From the IMG/VR virus record IMGVR_UViG_3300006802_000040: a stretch of DNA of 37,105 nucleotides; one strand, 5' to 3'. The notes below the pieces were generated by a model that was not told where the DNA came from, made no database searches, and worked only from the letters and a program-made list of their open reading frames with translations. The stretch comes from a virus. A program made the translations under genes and the position numbers. Of this stretch, positions 30,256 through 37,105 are shown piece by piece (position 1 is the first letter of the stretch; every line of letters starts with the position of its first letter).

Positions 30256-33132
30256 TCAAGAAATGACGGCGCGATCAGTAACGCGCCGCCAATTGGTGCC
30301 GTCTGAGAACGCGAGCACGGCGCCGCCGGTTTCGTTGCTCACATAGATGATGCCGCCGGCCGTCGCGGCCGATGGCGCACCGGCTACGGTGTAGCTCGGC
30401 ACGTATGGAATTCCGCTTGTGATGGTCAGGCCGGTGGTCTGTGTCTGCGCCGTCGTGCCGGAGGCGGCCACGACAGGCGAGCGCAGAATCAGCGATGACG
30501 GCGTGCCCGTGCCCGTGCCCGCGCCAGACTGAATGGTTAGGTTGGCGCCACTGATGTTGGTGTCGGTGCCGCCACGAGAGCCTTGCGCCCGCAGCGTCTG
30601 GGCTAACGGTGTGGCACTGTCTTGCGGGCCAAGTTGGAGCGTTGCTGCAGCTGGCGATGTCAAAGACGTATTGCCCGACCCGGTCCAGGTAAGACTTCCG
30701 CCCGCAACTGAGATCCCGATATTTGAGCCAAACCTCCACGCTGTAGTAGTCGACCAATGCAACAACGAAACGCCATTGCGCTGGATATCGATGACTTTTC
30801 CGTTAAAGCCGCTAGTTACGTTGATGCCAAGCAAAGTTCCGTTGGTATCCCACCCCGTCGATGTCGCCCCGGCCATTTCAAGGCTGACGAGCGGTTTGGT
30901 CGTCGTTGCCGTGCCGCCGGAGATTGGCGTACCGGTCACCGCGATGGTCGGCGCATCGAGCGCGCCGTTCTTGGTCGAGATGATCCGACCAGGCGTGGTC
31001 ATCACATCGCTGTCGTCGATGTCAATGCCGGATGCCTGCACGCCCTTGCCGGTTCCGTCTGAACGGATTAGCCGGTTGTCCGTTGCAAAGGCTGACGCTG
31101 CAGTCACGTCGCCGGCCGTGATCGTCGTGCCAGTGATCGTCAATCCTGATCCAGCCTCGAGCCACGTCACAGCGCCAGCACTGTCATCCCAGAACATGAT
31201 CCGATCCGCATTGGGATCGGCGAGCGATGCGCCCGTGCCGCCATCGGCCAGCGCGACGTCCGTACCGCCAGCCCGATAGACCTGATTGCCCTCGATGGTG
31301 ATGTCCCCCCCCGCGCCAGAGCGAGCGAGCGTCGTATCGGTCGCATGGCCCAGCTCGATCGTGGTCGCACTGAGCGCCGCCACGCCCGACATATTGGCGC
31401 TGTCGTCAACGGTGATGCCAGACGCCTGCACGCCCTTGGCAGTGCCGTCCGACCGGATCAGGCGGTTATCGGTGGCGAACGCTGATGCAGCCGTAACGTC
31501 ACCAGTTCCGGCGACCGTTGCCCATTTTACACCCGTGGCCTCGGCACTATCGGCCGTGAGCACCTGCCCGTTACTGCCGACCGGCAAAATGGTAGCGGCA
31601 TCATCGCCTGTGCCGACAGCAAGATCGCCCTTGGCTGCCCATGTCGTGTCGGTGGCGAGAACAGCGCTGTCGCCCTTGTCGCCCTTGGGCACGAACAGCA
31701 CAGAAAGTTGATCGTTTGCCGCAAACGAGCCCCCGCTTGCAACGTGCGTGAGCGTGAACTTGTCGTAGGAGCCCGCATCAGTCATCGAGCCCGAGATCGT
31801 GAACACGGCAAACGACGACAGCAAACCGACCTTGAAAACGTACAGCGTGCCCTTCGTGGTGCTCGTCGAATCGTCCCACAGCGCGAGCACAGACGCCATG
31901 CCAGCGCCGGCCGCGTCCGTCTCGTTGATGTAGAGTTGCGTCGCGCTGGACAGCGATGCGTTATTGAACGCGAGCTTGCCCGATCCGGGATTCGTGTCGC
32001 TGGTGCCCGTCGAGAACTGATAGAGCAGACCATTGACGCCGATCGTTGCCGCGCTTGCTGCCGCCGGCAGAGCAAGAATGATCCAGTTTTGAACGATGCC
32101 GGGCGGCACGTTGGAGAACGCCGTGGCGGAACCTGTCGACGCCGTTACGCCACCGGTAACACTGTGAGTGTGCGCGCTTTCATCTGCTGTTCGGCCTAAT
32201 GATGCCGCGTTTGTTCCTTCGCGCATGGAGTAGCCAGCTGCACCGCCCGGCTGCCAATCATACGCAACATATTGCGTGCTGTTGGTCAGTGCAGTTAACG
32301 GCGTGCCGGATGCGGAAAACATGGCATGGTTGTGCGCCGAGCCTGCCCCCGTCGTTAGCGTGCCAGGGCCGTGCGTGTGGCTCGCTAGGTTAGCCTCAGA
32401 CAGCGTCGTTGACTGCGCACCGCCAACCGCGCCGAGCGTTGCGCCATCAAGGCCGAAGGACGAGGTAAGCCGCGACGCCGCCGAGCCGCCCATGTCGTCT
32501 TTGCCGAATGGGCTGCGGCCGCGATAGTCCGGCACGTTGAACGTCGTCGAGCCGTCGCCAGAGCCGTAGGTGGTGCCATAAACGGCAAACAGCTCGGCAT
32601 AGGTGGTCCGGCTCACGGCTTGACCATAAGCAAGCAGCCATCCGGTTGGGGCTGTTGCAGTCGGCCAAGGGATAATGCCGCCGACCGGGAACACGCGCGC
32701 CGTCATGTCGGCAGACGTGCCAGACGCGCGATCGCCCACAAGCTGGAAATCAGCCGTTGCCGACCGATAGACGACTTGAAGCTTCTGCCCAGAGACGATA
32801 TCGCCTGCGGAAACCGCAGAGCCGTTGCTGGCCACGATGGGCTTGGCCCCAAGGCCCGCAACGTTCAGCGTGGCCGCGCCCGTGATCGAGTGGTTTGCAG
32901 TAAACCCGATCAGCAGCCCATCGGTTAGGCTCGACACTGTGCGATTCGGCGTGACGGCAAAGGCGTTGCTCGAGCCCGTGCTTGTCAGGCTCATGTTTCT
33001 GTCTTTGTACTCGCGCGCAAGCATGCCCTCGAGCGCGCGGGCGCCGTCGTTCACGTTCCGAAATTGCATATTCTCGGGAAAGCGCGCAGTATTCGAGGCG
33101 TCGGTCGTTGACAGGTCGTCGAGTTCGGCCAT
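30256..33132 (-). CDS. Tail fibre with phage tail-collar domain and internal 130-aa-period repeats, 958 aa
   Basis: Collar motif FPVGGIIPWPTATAPTGWLLAYGQAVSRTTYAELFAVYGTTYGSGDGSTTFNVPDYRGRSPFG. Long Gly/Thr/Ser/Ala beta-type body. Confidence 0.85.
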   Translation of the reverse strand: MAELDDLSTTDASNTARFPENMQFRNVNDGARALEGMLAREYKDRNMSLTSTGSSNAFAVTPNRTVSSLTDGLLIGFTANHSITGAATLNVAGLGAKPIVASNGSAVSAGDIVSGQKLQVVYRSATADFQLVGDRASGTSADMTARVFPVGGIIPWPTATAPTGWLLAYGQAVSRTTYAELFAVYGTTYGSGDGSTTFNVPDYRGRSPFGKDDMGGSAASRLTSSFGLDGATLGAVGGAQSTTLSEANLASHTHGPGTLTTGAGSAHNHAMFSASGTPLTALTNSTQYVAYDWQPGGAAGYSMREGTNAASLGRTADESAHTHSVTGGVTASTGSATAFSNVPPGIVQNWIILALPAAASAATIGVNGLLYQFSTGTSDTNPGSGKLAFNNASLSSATQLYINETDAAGAGMASVLALWDDSTSTTKGTLYVFKVGLLSSFAVFTISGSMTDAGSYDKFTLTHVASGGSFAANDQLSVLFVPKGDKGDSAVLATDTTWAAKGDLAVGTGDDAATILPVGSNGQVLTADSAEATGVKWATVAGTGDVTAASAFATDNRLIRSDGTAKGVQASGITVDDSANMSGVAALSATTIELGHATDTTLARSGAGGDITIEGNQVYRAGGTDVALADGGTGASLADPNADRIMFWDDSAGAVTWLEAGSGLTITGTTITAGDVTAASAFATDNRLIRSDGTGKGVQASGIDIDDSDVMTTPGRIISTKNGALDAPTIAVTGTPISGGTATTTKPLVSLEMAGATSTGWDTNGTLLGINVTSGFNGKVIDIQRNGVSLLHWSTTTAWRFGSNIGISVAGGSLTWTGSGNTSLTSPAAATLQLGPQDSATPLAQTLRAQGSRGGTDTNISGANLTIQSGAGTGTGTPSSLILRSPVVAASGTTAQTQTTGLTITSGIPYVPSYTVAGAPSAATAGGIIYVSNETGGAVLAFSDGTNWRRVTDRAVIS
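31012..31113. repeat. Tail-fibre internal repeat, copy B
   Basis: Encodes GDVTAASAFATDNRLIRSDGTGKGVQASGIDIDDS. Roughly three-quarters identical at the nucleotide level to 31402-31503, 390 nt away and in frame. Confidence 0.8.
31402..31503. repeat. Tail-fibre internal repeat, copy A
   Basis: Encodes GDVTAASAFATDNRLIRSDGTAKGVQASGITVDDS. Confidence 0.8.
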
Positions 33133-33163
33133 AGCTCAGGCTTCCATCCTGTGAAGGCTACGC

Positions 33164-33451
33164 ATGAGACAGATTGCCGTCGTGGTGATTACTGTGCTGG
33201 TCCTGGCGGCACTCGGCCAGGCGATGCGGAATCATTACTGGCTCATACCGCTCGTACCCGTGGGAGCGGTCTGGCTGGGCTACCGGCTGGGATCGCCCTA
33301 TGAGAAACGCGAGTTCAGGGTCGCTGTTCCGCGGCTATTGCGCCGCCTGGGACTGCGCCGGAAACCGCCACGCCTCGCGTTCCGGTCAATACGTTCTGCA
33401 ACAGCTCCTCGCCTGCCGCGCGCTGGCGCTGGGTCACATCGCGGCGAGTGA
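33164..33451 (+). CDS. Candidate opposite-strand small membrane protein (2 TM), up to 95 aa
   Basis: GAAGG lies 6 nt upstream of the ATG. MRQIAVVVITVLVLAALGQAMRNHYWLIPLVPVGAVWLGYRL is strongly TM-like. The 3' 137 nt run antisense to the 742-aa gene and are Arg-rich, so the true end is uncertain. Confidence 0.35.
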   Translation: MRQIAVVVITVLVLAALGQAMRNHYWLIPLVPVGAVWLGYRLGSPYEKREFRVAVPRLLRRLGLRRKPPRLAFRSIRSATAPRLPRAGAGSHRGE

Positions 33452-35543
33452 TGAAGTCCTGCAACTCCCTAATGAAGGCGTCGCGTGTTTCGCCTTGCGC
33501 GGTCAGGATGCGCGCCGCGTCGAGCGCCTGCCGGCGGCTTCGCTCGTCGAGATAGCCGGCCGTCATCTTGTTGAGCACCCAGCCCGCCGCCTTCTTGGCA
33601 TCGCCCCACAGGCTATCCGGGATGTTGCCGCTCACCTGCGGATCGGTCCTGCCGCCGTAACGCTTGAGGTTCTGCTGCATGGCTGCCGTGACAGAATTTC
33701 CGACTGCGGCTTGTCGCGTCTGCTCGTAGATGCCTTCCGTATCGAGGCGGTTGACAATGCGATCCGCGCCCGGCTGTCCAGTGATTTGGGCGAGCTTGTC
33801 GCGGGCAAAGTCGCTGCCAAGCTGCTTGCGGATTGCCGCGTCGCCAGTTGATCCGAGCGTAGATGATGCCTCGCCCATAATGTCGCGGATCTGGCCGCGG
33901 GCGCCCGTCCGAAATGCAGCATCTTCAAACGGTGACATGGCCGCCATATCGGCGCGCATCTGATCGGGATGCGTGCCCCTCTTGAACACGTCCGCGCCTC
34001 GCTGCAAGCCTTGCTCGAATTGCAGACCGCTTCCAGCGTGACGCCGCGCCATGTCCCACGAGCTTATTGCCTGCTCGGGCCGAACGCCGCGCCGCGCCGC
34101 GTCGGTCGCTCGCAATATGGAATCGACCTCATCACGAAATGCGTTAGCGATTTGCCTGTATTGACCGGCCGCCGTGCGGTCCAAACCGGCCGCTGGCGTT
34201 TGCGCAAATTCGGACAGGCGATTCAGCTCTCGACTGATGTAGTCAATGCGCATGTTGGGGCTTACCGGCACTCCGGGCCGGATCAGCCCTTCTCTAGCCA
34301 TTGCGTCATCGGCAGCCCGAACGATTCCGGTTCGTTCGGCAAAGTCGAGGAACTGTTGAAGACGCGGCGTCGGCTGAATAGGCGTATTGTAGAAGTCTTC
34401 ATAGTATGGCCGCGCGAGCGCGCGCGACTGGTCAAGCATATTCCGCTCGAGCTGAACCAGGTTCTGCGGCGGCCCAAGCACCGCGTCCACATCAGCCTGG
34501 ATGCGTGCGGGAGCGCCGCCCCTGCGGCCATGGCCTACCGTGGCGCCGAGCGCGTCAATCACGACGGTCTTGCCCTCGCCCGGCATGCGAGCAATGGCGC
34601 CCGTGTGGCCCTGCAGGTTCGGCCCCATGTCCGCAATCATTGCCTCTGGCTCAACCGGCCTGATGCCGATGCGGCCGTCTGCCACCATGTCGTCTGCGAC
34701 GTTGGCCACGGCCCTGCGGTCCATCGTGCCGAGCGTTCCCTGCGGCTGAGGCGCGCGACGAATGAGGCGAGACACACCCGTTGCAACTGCCGGCGCTGCC
34801 GCACCGAGCCCGCCGCCGATCATCGTGCCGACCGCGGCATTGGTCGCGCGGTCCATGGTGCTCTCGCCCTCGCCGGCACCGTACAGGGCGCCATAGGCTG
34901 CACCCGTCGCGCCGACGTTGGCCATGCGGGGGAGCATGGTCGTTCCACGCATCATGTTGATCATGGGCGACACGGGCGCCGAGGCAATGCCACCGGCAAG
35001 CTTCTGCACGCCGCCCATCGTCACATCGCCAATGACCGGCAGGGAGCCGAGCTTCATGCTCTCCTGATCAATGGCCGCGTCGGTCGCGCGCTGGTATGCG
35101 ATGGCCTCGTCATAGTCAGACCCGCCGAGGCCGAGCCGCTTGAGCAGGGCTTGCGTGTTAGCGTTCGCCTCGTCGAGCCAGGAGCCTACCGGCGTTCCAC
35201 GGGCAAGATTGCGGCCCACGTCGCGAATGCCCTGCATCACGCCGCCGCCTTTGCGCTCGTTGGCGACGTAGGTTTTCGCCCATTCGTTAAAGGCGTCCTT
35301 GCGCTGGTCTTGAGGCAAGGCTTGAATACCGGCGCGCACTTCCTCGGCCGGTCGCGAGAAGTCGAGCCCGCCGAATCGCGGCGCGGGCGCTGCCGGGGCC
35401 TGCGGCTGCACCGGCTTGGCCGTGATGCCCATCGAGGCGAAATGCTCGCGCAGCCGCGTGCTGATCTGCTCAGGCGTCATGCCTTCCGGCATGGTCACCT
35501 CGTAGCGGCTACCGTCTGGCCCCTCAACCTCGTACCGGGCCAT
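33315..35543 (-). CDS. Large internal virion / DNA-ejection-type protein, 742 aa
   Basis: The start shares one nt with the upstream stop (TAATG). Size and position before the tail-fibre gene fit this role. No enzymatic motif recognised. Confidence 0.6.
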   Translation of the reverse strand: MARYEVEGPDGSRYEVTMPEGMTPEQISTRLREHFASMGITAKPVQPQAPAAPAPRFGGLDFSRPAEEVRAGIQALPQDQRKDAFNEWAKTYVANERKGGGVMQGIRDVGRNLARGTPVGSWLDEANANTQALLKRLGLGGSDYDEAIAYQRATDAAIDQESMKLGSLPVIGDVTMGGVQKLAGGIASAPVSPMINMMRGTTMLPRMANVGATGAAYGALYGAGEGESTMDRATNAAVGTMIGGGLGAAAPAVATGVSRLIRRAPQPQGTLGTMDRRAVANVADDMVADGRIGIRPVEPEAMIADMGPNLQGHTGAIARMPGEGKTVVIDALGATVGHGRRGGAPARIQADVDAVLGPPQNLVQLERNMLDQSRALARPYYEDFYNTPIQPTPRLQQFLDFAERTGIVRAADDAMAREGLIRPGVPVSPNMRIDYISRELNRLSEFAQTPAAGLDRTAAGQYRQIANAFRDEVDSILRATDAARRGVRPEQAISSWDMARRHAGSGLQFEQGLQRGADVFKRGTHPDQMRADMAAMSPFEDAAFRTGARGQIRDIMGEASSTLGSTGDAAIRKQLGSDFARDKLAQITGQPGADRIVNRLDTEGIYEQTRQAAVGNSVTAAMQQNLKRYGGRTDPQVSGNIPDSLWGDAKKAAGWVLNKMTAGYLDERSRRQALDAARILTAQGETRDAFIRELQDFITRRDVTQRQRAAGEELLQNVLTGTRGVAVSGAVPGGAIAAEQRP

Positions 35544-36964
35544 TAGTCGCGCCTCCAGAGCTTGATGCCGTCGCCAAGATCAATCGGCTGAGATGTCGGC
35601 GCCTGCTGTGGCCGCACGCTCGGATTGGGCGCGGCTGCCGAGGCTTTCTTGCGAGCGAGCTCGAGCAGCGCTGTAACCTCCTTCTCCACGTCGTCCAACG
35701 CGCGCTTGTAGGCTTCTGTCCCCACGCGCATGGCCTGCAGGCGAGAGACCGCCGCCGTTGCCTTCGCGCCTTCCGCCTCGGTGATGGCGCCGCCACCGCG
35801 CAGGCCGTCGAATGCGGCGAGGAACGCCTTGCCCTGCACTTGATCGATCTTGGCTTGTGCGTCGACAGCTTCCTTTGAGACGTTCGGCAACACCCCGGTG
35901 AACGTGCCAGTCATCGTCGCCATAACCTTTGGATCAAGGTTGCGAACGCCCTGGATGGCCTCGAGCATCAGCTTTGCATTCGTCTCGGCGCTTGGAAGTG
36001 TCGCTCTTGCCTTGCCGAGCGCTTCGCCCTGCTCCTTGGCCGATGCCCTCTCGAATGCCAGCACCTCGGCGGGGACGGGCGTAACACCCGGCGGGAGCAC
36101 CGATTGCACAAGCTTGCCGTCGCGGCTCGCCTGCATCGGGACATAGTTGCCCGCGGCATCACGGCCCCATGTGACCTGCTGCGCCGTGGCTCCGTTCATT
36201 TCGCGCTTTTGCTTCATCCAGTCGGCGAACGACCCGGTGAAACCGTCGTTGCGGGCAAACTGAAACTCTCTGATGTCGTCGCTCGATGCGGGCTCGGCAG
36301 CCTTTTTGATCTGCGCCTGCATAAGCTGTTTCTGCAGCGGGAACAGCTCGTCCTCGCGCTGCGCTTTGCGCCGGTTCTGGGCAAAGCCCGCAGCCGCCTG
36401 CGAGCCCTGCATGAGGCCCTGGCCGATGTTGGGAGCACCCAGCACGCCCGCGCCCATTTGGAACAGCGGCGACATCATCCAGTTGTCGAGGCTGAATCCT
36501 TGCGGCTGCGGCTGGCTATCGGTCAACGCCATGGGGGTGGCTCCTGGGGATGGCGACGGCGACGACACGGGTTGAACGGGATTAGCGGACATCGGCGCGG
36601 GTGCGCGGCCTGCCTCATACGCAGCCATGGCCTGCATCAAGCCTTGCCGCTGCTCTGGCTTGAGCGGGGCATTGGGATCGACGCCGAGGCTGCGCGAGAC
36701 GCTGGCGATGTACTGAGGCGTGGAATTGTTATCGACCTGCGGCGGCGCCCATCGGTTGACGATGCCGGCGACGTTGTTGAGGCCGTGCTTGTTCTGGTAC
36801 GTGTCCAGAATGCGCGACATCACCTGATAGCCCTGCTCCGGGCCTGGGAACTGAGCATAGCGACCATTGGGCCCTGGCACCGCGCCATAAGCAGACATCC
36901 ACGGCTTGAACTCCACCGCGCCGGGGTTGTTGTAGCGGAGTGTCAGCGGCGTGGTGAGGGACAT
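35543..36964 (-). CDS. Internal virion / ejection-type protein with a globular N-domain and Gly/Met/Gln-rich hydrophobic segment, 473 aa
   Basis: The ATG lies 4 nt after the stop of the junction-spanning ORF. N-terminal LRYNNPGAVEF...NRWAPPQVDNNSTPQYI, then a Pro/Ser linker, then MMSPLFQMGAGVLGAPNIGQGLMQGSQAAAGF. Confidence 0.6.
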   Translation of the reverse strand: MSLTTPLTLRYNNPGAVEFKPWMSAYGAVPGPNGRYAQFPGPEQGYQVMSRILDTYQNKHGLNNVAGIVNRWAPPQVDNNSTPQYIASVSRSLGVDPNAPLKPEQRQGLMQAMAAYEAGRAPAPMSANPVQPVSSPSPSPGATPMALTDSQPQPQGFSLDNWMMSPLFQMGAGVLGAPNIGQGLMQGSQAAAGFAQNRRKAQREDELFPLQKQLMQAQIKKAAEPASSDDIREFQFARNDGFTGSFADWMKQKREMNGATAQQVTWGRDAAGNYVPMQASRDGKLVQSVLPPGVTPVPAEVLAFERASAKEQGEALGKARATLPSAETNAKLMLEAIQGVRNLDPKVMATMTGTFTGVLPNVSKEAVDAQAKIDQVQGKAFLAAFDGLRGGGAITEAEGAKATAAVSRLQAMRVGTEAYKRALDDVEKEVTALLELARKKASAAAPNPSVRPQQAPTSQPIDLGDGIKLWRRD

Positions 36965-36967
36965 CGA

Positions 36968-37105
36968 TCAGCCCCACGGCCTGCGAGGATCTGGCATATA
37001 GCCGCCGGCCGGCATCATCATGCGCGAGCCCATGCCGCCGAGCATATTGCCGAGCCCTGTCATGCCTCCCATGCCGCCCATCAGGCCAGCCATCGGCCCG
37101 CCGCC
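36968..37105 (-). CDS. 3' end (46 codons including the stop) of the junction-spanning ejection-protein ORF that starts at 897
   Basis: Reads ...GGGPMAGLMGGMGGMTGLGNMLGGMGSRMMMPAGGYMPDPRRPWG-stop. It is in frame with the ORF that is open at nt 1. Confidence 0.6.
   Translation of the reverse strand, partial: GGGPMAGLMGGMGGMTGLGNMLGGMGSRMMMPAGGYMPDPRRPWG
36983..37105. repeat. Terminal redundancy, copy 2 (identical to 1-123)
   Basis: Same 123-nt string as nt 1-123. It lies inside a coding frame. Confidence 0.95.

Larger units (their letters stand above)
1..36982. mobile_element. Complete circular(ised) genome unit of a temperate tailed phage (podovirus-like virion module, CI/Cro switch, tyrosine integrase, attP in tRNA-Pro)
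   Basis: The first 123 nt equal the last 123 nt. Packaging, capsid, tail, lysis, replication, immunity and integration modules are all present once. An ORF is continuous across the junction. Confidence 0.8.

Noticed and set aside
31012-31503. Diversity-generating retroelement (template/variable repeat pair), considered because the virion module looks BPP-1-like.
   Set aside because: There is no reverse transcriptase gene anywhere in the genome. Differences between the two repeats are of all substitution types rather than adenine-specific, and both copies are in frame within the same gene.

Overview
The window is one complete, circularly closed temperate phage genome of about 36,982 bp, high-GC. 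The host is probably an alphaproteobacterium (inference). Nucleotides 1-123 are identical to 36983-37105, and a minus-strand structural ORF reads in frame across that junction.

Layout:
(1) A roughly 28-kb one-directional minus-strand gene train starts at a Cro-like gene (18562). It runs through a 336-nt hairpin-rich leader, an O-like replication initiator with internal iterons, DnaB, an orphan C5 DNA methyltransferase and a NusG/RfaH-like regulator. It continues through an envelope 'moron' trio (outer-membrane beta-barrel, 37-aa peptide, 4-TM coiled-coil protein), then terS, terL, portal, scaffold, an N4/BPP-1-type major capsid protein and tail-tube-type proteins. It crosses the junction into three ejection-type proteins, a 958-aa collar-domain tail fibre and a lysis cassette ending at 27607.
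(2) The plus strand carries a CI-like repressor (18644), a RecT recombination module, an HNH nuclease, a Xis-like HTH protein, a tyrosine integrase, two cargo genes, attP (the 3' half of a tRNA-Pro(CGG), 25068-25117) and a four-gene cargo operon.

No CRISPR array, rRNA gene or complete tRNA gene is present.

Most worth follow-up:
- A GH24 lysozyme with no N-terminal signal but a C-terminal membrane anchor, in a cassette lacking a canonical holin.
- An HNH-AP2 homing endonuclease sitting exactly between the putative i-spanin and o-spanin genes.
- The envelope trio next to the NusG-like regulator.
- A YkgJ/FliB-type Cys-cluster gene bracketed by a 28/29-nt direct repeat that duplicates the integrase 3' end.
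- The att-adjacent cargo island, with a resolvase-like protein that appears to lack the catalytic Ser motif.

All functional calls come from reading motifs in the translations. No database search was possible.
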